A DNA stretch of 32,000 nt from Synechocystis sp. PCC 6803 substr. PCC-P (GCF_000284455.1 NC_017039.1:2040001-2072000), one strand, 5' to 3'. Counted from the first letter of the stretch, positions 8,273-18,200 are shown. Made by a program: numbers and translations. The notes: a model not told the origin generated them from the sequence alone.

Positions 8273-8322
8273 GGAAGGTAATGCCAGTGATTAAAAGGTC
8301 AGTCCGGAGTTAGGGAGTAATA

Positions 8323-8646
8323 ATGGAATTTAACTTTGACTTTCATACGTCTGAACAGGAAGAACAACGGGTCAACACACTGCTCCAATATCTGCAAAAA
8401 CAACACCCCGAAACCTTAGCCTGGATTGCCCAATCCGCCAGCCCCGAGATTAAAGAGATTATTCACCAGAATGTCCAAGGCCTAGTGGGAATGTTACCCA
8501 TGGATGACTTCGATGTGCAAATCACTACTGACCGGGAGGATTTCGCTAATCTGTTGGCTTCGGCCATGATGACAGGCTATTTCCTTAGCCGTATGGAACA
8601 ACGGAAGAATCTGGAGTCATCCTTTTCAGGCTCGGATTGTTTATAG
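8323..8646 (+). CDS. Conserved cyanobacterial/plastid-lineage hypothetical protein (DUF760-like)
   Basis: 107 aa, with a GGGAG SD upstream. The pattern LLQYLQKQHPE...IKEIIHQNVQGLVGMLP...FDVQITTDREDFANLLASAMMTGYFLSRMEQR resembles DUF760 from memory. Confidence 0.65.
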   Translation: MEFNFDFHTSEQEEQRVNTLLQYLQKQHPETLAWIAQSASPEIKEIIHQNVQGLVGMLPMDDFDVQITTDREDFANLLASAMMTGYFLSRMEQRKNLESSFSGSDCL

Positions 8647-8774
8647 GGAATCACAGCATAGGCTGCTGGGGGTCATTGGTGACAGCGAGTTCCTGGTATT
8701 TTCGGTAGGCCATGCTTTTGGATCTACAAGAGCAACATCTAACAGACATATTACGGATACATTACTGACGGTTC

Positions 8775-9239
8775 ATGGCTAAGGAAAAAGAAAGGATAAA
8801 AGTTGTCAGCGATAATCGCCAGGCTCGTTTTCTGTACGAAATCTTAGAGACCTATGAGGCGGGCATCGAGCTGCAGGGTACTGAGGTCAAGTCAATTCGA
8901 GCAGGGAAGGTTAATTTACGGGATGGTTTTGCTCTGCTGCGGGACGGGGAAGTCTGGTTGATGAACGTGCATATTTCGCCCTATGACAAAAGTAGTTTAT
9001 TTTTTAACCATGATCCCCGTCGTACCCGGCGTTTGCTAATGCATAACTGGGAAATTCGGAAATTAATTGGTCAAGTTGAGCAAAAAGGCCTAACTTTAGT
9101 GCCGTTGAAAATGTATTTCAAGGGTAGTTGGGTAAAAGTTGCTCTGGGCCTTGGTAAAGGGAAAAAACTCCACGATAAACGGGAGACTTTAAAGCGTCGT
9201 CAGGATGACCGAGATATGGCTCGGGCCATGAAACGCTAA
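8775..9239 (+). CDS. smpB: SsrA(tmRNA)-binding protein
   Basis: 154 aa. [40 protein letters not shown]...HISPY...[12 protein letters not shown] is canonical SmpB. Confidence 0.95.
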   Translation: MAKEKERIKVVSDNRQARFLYEILETYEAGIELQGTEVKSIRAGKVNLRDGFALLRDGEVWLMNVHISPYDKSSLFFNHDPRRTRRLLMHNWEIRKLIGQVEQKGLTLVPLKMYFKGSWVKVALGLGKGKKLHDKRETLKRRQDDRDMARAMKR

Positions 9240-9305
9240 TTTCGACTACTTTCCAAGAAGTTGCGGCAGAGGTTAGTCCGATGTTAGGCGATCGCCAATG
9301 GCCTC

Positions 9306-11132
9306 TTAGCGCAGAATTTTTAATCCTTCACATTTATCCTTCATCCTTTCATCCTCGAGATTAAATTCGGCTCGAACTGAATAATTCCGTCCGGGATGAA
9401 AATAGGAATTGTAAAAGAAACTAAAGGGTGCTTTTTCCACAATGCAAACCCGATCACCATCTTTAATTTGACTAAAAATTTCCTTTTTCACCATCCAATC
9501 TGCGGTTTCTAACTGTTGGGTCAGGGGTTGAAAAGCCGGATAGGTAAAGAATTTGTTAGTTTTGTGGATAAAGATAATCATAAACACAAAGGCAACTAAG
9601 CCAAAATATTGGGGCTTCAGAATAGTTTTTGGGCTGGGACTATGCTCAGCGAAACGGGTAACTAAATAGGCGTTGAGACTGACAAACACAATCATCCAAT
9701 ACATGTAGTAGCGCAATTCGTAAGATTGAGGCATCCACATAGTCACCACCGACATAATTAGCATCAAAGCCAGGGCCACTTTGGTGGATTTTTGCCAATT
9801 TTTCCAGCAAAGAAAGACAAAAAGCACAGCGTTAAAAATTACATAGCCGCCAAAGTAACCCCCCATGCCAAAACGTTCTTCGTTCCACGAAATAAAATCC
9901 ATGGCCAAGGTCCAGCGCCAGGGTCGGCGATCGTCAAAAGCATTAATTTCTAATAAAGATTGTCCCCATCGGACTGGGGGGGGGAGCCGGCGAATCTTTT
10001 CGTGCATGAAGTTGGGAGATTCTTCGGTGTGATTAAGCACCTGGCCAACAATGGTAATTTTGACAGGATAGGCAGGGTTTTGGTAAAGAACAATATTCTT
10101 GATGGGGTTGTAGAAAATGATCAGACTAGCAAGGGTACCCAATGCAAATACTTGGGCTAATTTGAGCATATTGGCCTGGCGAGTTTTATCTGTTTGCCAG
10201 TAGTTAATAACAAAAAGTGGCAATGAACAAAGTATTAACAAAAAAACTACAGGAATTAGTTGCAATTTAATGTTGGCCGCCACAAATGCGGATAAGAATA
10301 AAATTGAAATGGTTTTTAAATTAAGTTTAACCTTATGTATGTAGAGTAAATATAAAGTTAAAATGCAAATGCTAACCCCAACATTACCTGGCAAATCAAT
10401 GTAACTTCTTGCCGCATGCATGTGAATCATGGGCACGGCCAGCAGGGAAAGGCTAGCTAGGTAGAAGGGAATTTTTGGAACTTTTACGAGATAAACAATT
10501 AAAATTATTAGGCTAAAGTAAGAAACTAAATTAGTCGCTTCAATGCGGTTAAAAACCACCCAGAACAATCCCTGCAGCCAGTTTGCCAAGAGGGGAAAAC
10601 CAAGAAATCGATTTTCTGTAAAATATTCAAAAGTATATTGTTCTGGGGGAATAATGCCCCAAATTCTGGCGGCGAAGGGTATGTGATACATAAAAGCATC
10701 ACCACCATAGTTATAGTCAAAAAAAGCAATACCAAAAATAGAAATTAAGGTTAGAACTGCCGCGCCACTAAGAATGTAGCCAATAATATTTAACACCCCT
10801 ATTTTTTTGATCTTTTCCGCAACAGCAAATTTCTTCAGAGGGTGATTAATATCCAGTGTTTCGAGTATTGACCAGCTCGTAGCTATTATTCCGACGAGGA
10901 ACAAAACAATTCTCCCCAAACGTAGATCGTCCCCCTGAAAAACATTCCAATAACCAGCAATACCCAGCATCGCAGCTAGGGAAATGGAAATATTCCCCCA
11001 AATAAAAAGCACATTATTTTCAAATTTGCCTAAGAAAGTATAGCGTTGGACAATGGTCACTCCCTTGTAAACCAAAAGACTAAAAGTTAACAGGAGAAAC
11101 CCGATCGCCAAACCAAGAAGGGGAACTAACAT
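9306..11132 (-). CDS. Polytopic integral membrane protein (at least 12 hydrophobic segments plus a roughly 70-aa soluble C-terminus). Candidate GT-C-type glycosyltransferase, polymerase or ligase; function not established.
   Basis: 608-aa ORF that is almost entirely hydrophobic helices. Its start lies 13 nt after the stop of the FkbM methyltransferase gene, and it is the last gene of the glycan cluster. It contains a C9 (coding-strand) homopolymer. Confidence 0.8.
   Translation of the reverse strand: MLVPLLGLAIGFLLLTFSLLVYKGVTIVQRYTFLGKFENNVLFIWGNISISLAAMLGIAGYWNVFQGDDLRLGRIVLFLVGIIATSWSILETLDINHPLKKFAVAEKIKKIGVLNIIGYILSGAAVLTLISIFGIAFFDYNYGGDAFMYHIPFAARIWGIIPPEQYTFEYFTENRFLGFPLLANWLQGLFWVVFNRIEATNLVSYFSLIILIVYLVKVPKIPFYLASLSLLAVPMIHMHAARSYIDLPGNVGVSICILTLYLLYIHKVKLNLKTISILFLSAFVAANIKLQLIPVVFLLILCSLPLFVINYWQTDKTRQANMLKLAQVFALGTLASLIIFYNPIKNIVLYQNPAYPVKITIVGQVLNHTEESPNFMHEKIRRLPPPVRWGQSLLEINAFDDRRPWRWTLAMDFISWNEERFGMGGYFGGYVIFNAVLFVFLCWKNWQKSTKVALALMLIMSVVTMWMPQSYELRYYMYWMIVFVSLNAYLVTRFAEHSPSPKTILKPQYFGLVAFVFMIIFIHKTNKFFTYPAFQPLTQQLETADWMVKKEIFSQIKDGDRVCIVEKAPFSFFYNSYFHPGRNYSVRAEFNLEDERMKDKCEGLKILR
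9976..9984. repeat. G9 homopolymer tract (C9 on the coding strand) inside the membrane-protein gene
   Basis: Read directly: ggactGGGGGGGGGagccgg. On the minus strand it encodes R-L-P-P-P-V (cgg ctc ccc ccc cca gtc). It is the longest G/C run I found in the window. Confidence 0.95.
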
Positions 11133-11145
11133 TGGGGATTAAACA

Positions 11146-12306
11146 CTAGAAGTAAAGGGCGGCAGGAAGATGGTCAAAGTTGGCGATTTTGGTGATTTTG
11201 GCACTATTGATGGTTAGGGTTGGATCTTGGGTGCCATGTTGGAATTCAAAATAAAGTTGAATTTCACTAGTTTCGGGCAAATTAATCACCCAATCCCGAT
11301 AGCTAGAGGCTAATAGTTGACTAAAGGCATGGTAGCGAAATATCACTTTGTCATTAACTTTAACACCGCACATTAAATCATTTTGGGTGCCTTCTGCGGT
11401 GAAATCCCAATCAATTAAATAGCGACCTTTGGGCAAAATTAACTTACTTTTGAGGCGAGCAGAACCATCCTTACCCCGCTCGAAATGATCGGCATCTAAC
11501 AGGCTATGGCTCTCAAACTGAAATGGGACTTGGTAGGGAGTTTCCCCTAGGCGATCGCCATGGATATAGAGATTATTGCGAATGTCTGCCCCCACAGGAT
11601 AATCGTCAGCAGTTTTAACTTCCCGATAGGTATTAACGTCGATGGCAACGTAGCCCAAATTGCGCAGAAAATCCAAACATCGAGTATCATCCCGCTGGGT
11701 TTCTAAAACTAAATGGGGTTTGGCAGAAACTAACGTTTTTTCCAGACCTTTAATGGCATCAAATTCTGCTCCTTCAATGTCCATTTTTAGTAAATTTGGC
11801 ACCAGCTTGGTGTGTTCCACAAAGTCATCTAGAGCAATGGTTTTGACTTCATAGCTGGAGCCTTCTCCATTTTCACTGTAAATACTGTCATTGAGATGGC
11901 TGCCCAGGTAAATTTTTACAGTTTCATGGGAAGTGGAGTAAACCGCATGGTGAAAAAGCTGGACATTATTACAGCCACTCAATACTAAATTGCGTTGGGT
12001 TTTATCAATAATGCGGGGGCTAGCTTCAAAGGCACAAACAATACCCTTTGGCCCTACCATTCTCGACATTACTGTGGTTAAACCCGCAAAGTTTGCCCCC
12101 ACATCAAAGACAACATCTCCCGGCTTACAGAGATCTCGTAATACTATTTGCACTGGCGGTTCCCAAAGGTTTTCCTGGTACCAAGGGGCAATGCCAAAAA
12201 ATTGTACGGAGGACAGTTTTTCCTCCACTGCTAGCTTTTTATCAATTTCTGGAGCAAGGACTTTTGCTAATTTGAATTTGAGTTTATCTTTGATTCTGTT
12301 AAACAT
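11146..12306 (-). CDS. FkbM-family SAM-dependent methyltransferase with an extra roughly 130-aa C-terminal domain
   Basis: 386 aa. The SAM-binding motif VVFDVGANFAGLT and LLKMDIEGAEFDAIKG are typical of the FkbM family. Residues ~255-386 look beta-rich and I cannot assign them. Confidence 0.8.
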   Translation of the reverse strand: MFNRIKDKLKFKLAKVLAPEIDKKLAVEEKLSSVQFFGIAPWYQENLWEPPVQIVLRDLCKPGDVVFDVGANFAGLTTVMSRMVGPKGIVCAFEASPRIIDKTQRNLVLSGCNNVQLFHHAVYSTSHETVKIYLGSHLNDSIYSENGEGSSYEVKTIALDDFVEHTKLVPNLLKMDIEGAEFDAIKGLEKTLVSAKPHLVLETQRDDTRCLDFLRNLGYVAIDVNTYREVKTADDYPVGADIRNNLYIHGDRLGETPYQVPFQFESHSLLDADHFERGKDGSARLKSKLILPKGRYLIDWDFTAEGTQNDLMCGVKVNDKVIFRYHAFSQLLASSYRDWVINLPETSEIQLYFEFQHGTQDPTLTINSAKITKIANFDHLPAALYF

Positions 12307-12308
12307 AA

Positions 12309-15299
12309 TTATTTTTTAGAAGCGGTAATATCCGTAAACCAAAGGAAAGAATGTTGTTCGTGGCGATTATCGTTAAAAATTGAGTAATGGGGAGAAAAAA
12401 GTCTATCTTCAGGCCAAGACTGTTGGTGTTCCTGCTCCCATTGTTTAGTTAGTTTGCGAGCCGTTAGCATGGAGTTAAGGGGAGAAAATTTAGATAATTT
12501 GGGTAACCAATCCAGAGAGCGATAGGTTCCTAGCAATGCTTCAATGCCCGGAGCGTATTTCAAAGCTTCAGCATTGGGGTCAACTTTTTCTAGATAAGTG
12601 ACCAAATTGTGGGCATGGTCAAAATCTGTACTAGTATGCTTACAGTAAGATTTGCGATAGCCCAGGCAATGGTAGAGTAAATTTTCCACTTCTCGTGGCG
12701 ATCGCCGTTGGAAAGCATATTTAACACCGGCCAGGGTGCGATGTAAATACCAAGCCCGCATATCCTCAATTTCCGTGGCAGGACTTTGGGTGGTGCGCTC
12801 ATCGGGATAATTCCAGAACAGACCCAGCATTTTATCCACCACTTTACTTTTAATGAAGGGCATGACCCGGTTTTTAAATTCCGTATCCCCTGCCCCCCGG
12901 AAGCTTTGGTCATAGTAACCAAAACGTTCGTGAATTGATTTGCGATATAGCGCCCCTACCCAGGATAAGTAGCAGGTTTCTAGATAAACTAAATCCTGTT
13001 CATAGCCAGTGCGGTCGTAGGGCATAATGTCGCTGACCCAACCCCCCTGCATATCCACATTGGTGACCAAACTATGGCCAATGGCCCAATCCAATTCTGG
13101 ATCCTGATCCAATTCCCCCGCCAAAATTTCTAAACAGTCGGGCAAAATGGTTTCATCTACCCCCAAAAAGGCTAAATATGGGGATTTTGCCAACTTAATC
13201 CCCCGGTTCCAGGCACTTTGGATGGTTTCCCGTTGCGGCGATCGGGCATATAGGAGAGGATAACCCAGGGTGGGAGCTAAATCTTTGAAAACTTCATACT
13301 CATTTCCCGGCGAACCGCTATCCACCAATACCACTTCCGCTTCTCCCCGTTTAATTAGGGTTTGGTGTTGTAGGGTCTTTAAGAATAGGGGTAATTTTGC
13401 CGCTGCATTGTAGAGGGAAACAATAATGGAAGCTCGGTATGGCCCATCCCCCCGGCGATCGTCCCAAATCTCATACTCATCCCCCGCCGGATTGGCCAAA
13501 TTATCCAAACGAGCCTGTTCGATTAAGCTAAGGCAACGCTCCTCCCGTTCTGAAGGTTGACCATAAAGGGCAGACACCGCCGCCATTTCCTTGGGAAAGC
13601 CATATTCCGTCAGGGTCCGCAACACAAAGGGTAAATCGCCAAATTGATCTGAACCCAATGCTCGCAGGGCCCGGACCTTATAGGTGGCAGAAACCAAAGT
13701 ATTGCCCCGTAATTCTTCAATACGTGCTAGCTCCCGCCAGAGTCGCACCCGGTCGATGCGGTAATTGGTAGCTAATTTACCCCGCACTCCTTGGAATTCT
13801 GACTCGTAGCCGGAGCCTAAACGCCATCCCATTTGGATTTTTTCCGCCAAATCTTTAGCGGTTTGTTCCGTGGCATTGAAGGCTTCTTTATATTTTTTAA
13901 GTAAATTAGGAGCCTTAACTAACTGGGCATTGCGGTCATCTGCTAAGGGCTGTAAAATTTTACCTTTTAATTGTCCAGCGGTGCTTTTTAAATTATTTTT
14001 AATTTGCTTGAGAGTTGGTTTTAATTGGGCTTTCAGCGGTTGTAAGAAAGAAACATTTTCCTGGGTACTTACCCAATAGCCCATTAATTGACCATACCAA
14101 CTTTGTAACTCATCTCTGATTTCCTCCTCGTACTGGCCAGTTTGTTGATAGATATCAGCCAAAATGGGACTATCAGCAATGGCTGTTGAGTTTTTAACGC
14201 TATCCACCAATCGGCGACGGTAATTATTGTAGTCGCTTAGAATATTTTCAATGGCTGGTAAGCAACTGTAGATATTATCCAGATCAATTTCTACGAAAGG
14301 AACATCGGGAAAGTCTTCTTTGAGTAAACGACATACCCCAGCTCCACCGCCAACTACAGTGGGACAACCGGAAAACAAGGATTCCAAAGCTACTAAGTTA
14401 AGTGTATCGTAGCGTGAGGGTACGAAGGTGACTGTTTTGCGGGCGAATAAGCCCATCAATTCCTGTTGCGGTTTGGGGGGTAAAAATTTAACCGGACTCT
14501 GGCGATCGCCAAGCATACTCCGGAGATAGGTTTCCGAAGAAATGGTGCCGGTATCGTTAAAACTATGGGGGCCAATGATATTAGCTTCATGATAAAGATT
14601 TCTGTTTAACCACCAAGCGATATCAATAAAAATATCTGGGCCTTTCCGTTTCTCTGTGCGACCAACAAAGTTTAAATCAGGGCGATCGCCACTGGCAATT
14701 GCTTCTAGGGGCTGGGGTAATTCAAAAAAGTGTAGAGGATGGTAATAATGGGCAGAAAATCGACTTAGGGATTGCCATTCGTCAATGTAGCTTTTGCTAA
14801 TACCGTAACGCAGATCTACGGTGGCGTATTGCTTCCATTCTTCTAGTTCTAGGGGTATATTTTCCTTCCCTTGATTGAACCAATCTAACTTTAAAGTGGT
14901 GGAAATTTTGCCGTGGAGAGAAAGGGCAATCTTAGCAAATTTCACCCGATGGTAATCCAGGGCTGGACGCAAAAAAATCGCCCATTGTTCATAGTCAGGG
15001 GAATCGATCAAATCAAATTCCATGCCGGCCACTGACGTGGCAATATTACTGGCCCTGATGAAGGAACGATAAACCCATTTAGGGGGATTAACGTCAAAAA
15101 AATTGTTTAAATCGGCGAGGAAATATTTTTCCTGAAAGGGGACTCCGTGGGCATTATCAGGGCGTTCAGTTACACGAGCTTCTTTGTCAATCAGGTAATA
15201 AAAGTCAATATCGGGGTTTTTCCGAATTAAACTGCGGTAAAAAGTTTGCCCGCCACCTACTTTGGCAAATAGGTCAAAATCTGTGATTAATACCTTCAT
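12309..15299 (-). CDS. Bifunctional glycosyltransferase: N-terminal GT-B (GT4-like) module, roughly 235-aa helical spacer, C-terminal GT-A (GT2) module
   Basis: 996 aa. The GT4-like C-half is LNFVGRTEKRKGPDIF...VPSRYDTLNLVALESLFSGCPTVV (D-x7-E). The GT2 signature is ASIIVSLYNAAAKLPLFLKTLQHQT...VVLVDSGSPGNE...AFLGVDE. The ATG overlaps the upstream gene's stop (ATGA at 15296-15299). Confidence 0.85.
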   Translation of the reverse strand: MKVLITDFDLFAKVGGGQTFYRSLIRKNPDIDFYYLIDKEARVTERPDNAHGVPFQEKYFLADLNNFFDVNPPKWVYRSFIRASNIATSVAGMEFDLIDSPDYEQWAIFLRPALDYHRVKFAKIALSLHGKISTTLKLDWFNQGKENIPLELEEWKQYATVDLRYGISKSYIDEWQSLSRFSAHYYHPLHFFELPQPLEAIASGDRPDLNFVGRTEKRKGPDIFIDIAWWLNRNLYHEANIIGPHSFNDTGTISSETYLRSMLGDRQSPVKFLPPKPQQELMGLFARKTVTFVPSRYDTLNLVALESLFSGCPTVVGGGAGVCRLLKEDFPDVPFVEIDLDNIYSCLPAIENILSDYNNYRRRLVDSVKNSTAIADSPILADIYQQTGQYEEEIRDELQSWYGQLMGYWVSTQENVSFLQPLKAQLKPTLKQIKNNLKSTAGQLKGKILQPLADDRNAQLVKAPNLLKKYKEAFNATEQTAKDLAEKIQMGWRLGSGYESEFQGVRGKLATNYRIDRVRLWRELARIEELRGNTLVSATYKVRALRALGSDQFGDLPFVLRTLTEYGFPKEMAAVSALYGQPSEREERCLSLIEQARLDNLANPAGDEYEIWDDRRGDGPYRASIIVSLYNAAAKLPLFLKTLQHQTLIKRGEAEVVLVDSGSPGNEYEVFKDLAPTLGYPLLYARSPQRETIQSAWNRGIKLAKSPYLAFLGVDETILPDCLEILAGELDQDPELDWAIGHSLVTNVDMQGGWVSDIMPYDRTGYEQDLVYLETCYLSWVGALYRKSIHERFGYYDQSFRGAGDTEFKNRVMPFIKSKVVDKMLGLFWNYPDERTTQSPATEIEDMRAWYLHRTLAGVKYAFQRRSPREVENLLYHCLGYRKSYCKHTSTDFDHAHNLVTYLEKVDPNAEALKYAPGIEALLGTYRSLDWLPKLSKFSPLNSMLTARKLTKQWEQEHQQSWPEDRLFSPHYSIFNDNRHEQHSFLWFTDITASKK

Positions 15300-18200
15300 G
15301 AAAGCAAATCTAGGTAGGTTTGATAAAGCTGACGATAGTCGTAGTTTTGGGCAAAGTTGCGGGCAGAATTACCCAACTGCTCATATTGGTGGGGGTGCTG
15401 GATAATATCTTCAATTACCCCAACATAAGTGGCTAAATTATTGTTGATTAAACAATCTACCCCCGACTCCACCGGATAGCCCCGAAAGGCGATCGCCGTG
15501 CCGAGGATTACCTTACCACAGGCCATTGCCTCCAGGGTTTTGACAGACATACCAGTGCCCGCTTCGAGGGGAATTAGCACCAGGGCCGAGCGTTGATAAA
15601 GGGCTTGGAGGACGGAATCGGAGACTTTCCCCAGGGCCAAAAAGTTTCGTTTCTGAGTTGGTGGACAACAACTGCCCACGGCGATCGCCTGCCAATGGCC
15701 ACTACCAACTTGGGCCAGGGCTTGAATTTGCTCCACTGCTTTGACATTGGGAGGATGTTGACTACCCACAAATAAACAGAAAGGTTTTCGCCAATCAATG
15801 GTGGAGTCAAAGGATTGTAACTCCGCCAGGGCTGTTTCTGGAGCAAGTAAATCTACGGTGGCTTGGGTGTCTAAACCAATGGGAACACAATGGCTGGTAA
15901 TGTTATGACTTTGAAAAAATGCTTGGTCATCGGGGGAAAGGGTCACTACTTCATCGGCTTCCCGCAAGGCTTGCAATTCTTCTGCCAGGGCAATCTGGGC
16001 TAACCATGTGTGCGGTGGCAATTGTTTAGCCAACACGTCATGGGCTGTGAGAATTAATTTGACTCCCCGACGGCGACAAATGGGCCCGGCGATCGCCGCC
16101 CAAAAGGGATATTCCAGCAACACCGCATCTGCCCCATCAATCACTCGCTCTAACGTTTCTTGAAATTTCTGGTCAAAACGACTGCCATAGTAAATCCAAG
16201 GCAGCCAATTTTCCCCTAACTCCTGGTGGGACAATGGGAAAAAATTAATGTTGTCAGCTAGGGAAATGTCCAGCATTTTCTGCCAACTTAAAAACGCTTC
16301 TTGATAAATCTTCTGTATTAGCTCACCCTGGGCAAAGGTTGATCTGAAATAACGATAATGAATTTGTCCCTGCCAATTACTCTGGCGATCGCCAATGGTA
16401 AACACCGTCACATCTAGGCCTTGACTGGCAAGAAAATCTGCCACTTTTCCAGACCGCTGACTGGCTCCACTACGCCGCTCTTCCATATCCCCCCAGGGAT
16501 AAAGCATGACAACCTTCTTGACAACATTTTTGTTGTTAGTTGCAGATAAAAGTTTCTCTCCAAGAATATCGGTAAAGGCTTGGTTTAAATGTTCATAATC
16601 AAGACCTTGACCATTAGTTTTCAGTGAATAAATTCGTGTTTGAGGTTGTAATTCCTGCAACTTAAAAGCCAAAGGTTCAGTAGTGGTGAGTAAAACTCCA
16701 AATAATTTCAGCTGATCAAGTTCCCACTGAAAATCTTGATAAACAATTTCTTTTCTTTGGCGGAGGGCATCATCATAGGTATGAAATCTATCCACCTCCA
16801 GTATGGTTCTAGTTAAATCTAAGCCTAATTTTCTTAAGTAATGTTGGCAGAAGAACGAATCTGCGTAAATTAAATCGATGTTACTACCCAATTTATTTTG
16901 TAATTCTTGCGAAATAAGCAAACCTGCCGACTGTACCCAATCCGTAATTAGCGTTGATCTATGCTCGTAATAATCCCGTAGATATTTTTTCTGTTGTTCC
17001 GGAGATAAACTGGTAGAATTTTTAGCAAAATCAATGTAAAAATCATCATCTACATAATAATCTTGTAAAATCCAATATTGTTTTAAGCCAAGCTGGTGTA
17101 GATCATCGCTAAGATAGTCCCATTCCGGTAAGTTAGCCTGGCCTAAGCGGCGATAAAAAATGCCATAAACTCCATAGCCACAACGACAAAAATATCTGAT
17201 TTTATTAAGGTTATCCCTATCGCTTAATTTATCTAGAGCCATTATCACCAATATTGAAGCCCTAGCTGAAACTTCGGGCTGAATTTCCACCGTTTTTACA
17301 AGGGATATTGCCAGTGGCTTAAGCAGACATTCTAAAAAGTAATCCGGGGATTGAATAAATTGCCAATGGTAACTAAAATGCTCAGCTTTTTCCGTCAGAC
17401 TAGCTAGATTTTCTAACACATACCGAACTGACCTGGGTAAATCTTGGGGATTTTGATAAATGCCAGCTCTAGTTTCATCAACCTGCTCCGCCAACCAACT
17501 ACCCTGGGGTACCACCACTGGTTTACCCGCCGCCAGAGCTTCGGTTAATACCCCTGAAGTACGTTGATAATTTATTGGGTTATAGGGCAATACCACCACA
17601 TCCGCTGAAGCTAATAAGTGATAGTAGGCATCGGGTTCCAGAGCATGATCAATTAACTCCACTGCACTACAAGGATACTGACAAAGTTTAAGCTTAGCTT
17701 CTAGAATTACTTCTTCTCCTCCGACAACATTATAGTTAGATTGAATGGTAAATTTTGCCAAACCAGGCTTGAGATAATCAGTCCATAAATCTGCTACTAA
17801 AACCGGTAAATGCTGATAACCTTTCTCCGATCTGGCATCACCTAAATAAATTATATGAACAAAATTTTTATTACTATCACCCTTATGAAAATTTTCTAAT
17901 TTTAGTTTTTCTTGGCGAAAAGGAATCGGTACCTGGGTGAAAATTGCGGGACTCAGTTGATTATGTTTTCTCACCAAATCTTTAGTATCTGTGTAAAAGC
18001 GAATTTTGCCAGGCCAGAGTTCAGTTTGGCAAAACTTTTCCAAACATTTTTTTAATCCTATGCCCGTAGCATTGACTACTAATGGGTCTTCAGTATCACG
18101 CCTAAATAATAGATGATAGGTAGGCAAATCATCCTGGTTTTGATTATTTAAAAAATAAAATAGTTCTTCTAATTGCTCAATGCCGAAGGTATGAATAAGA

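Noticed and set aside
10390-10440. WaaL-type O-antigen ligase motif H-[NSQ]-x9-G-x2-[GTY] in the loop IHMHAARSYIDLPGNVG of the 608-aa membrane protein
   Set aside because: The spacing is off by one residue and the second position is Ala or Met rather than N, S or Q. The resemblance may be coincidental, so I kept it only as a hypothesis to test by HMM.
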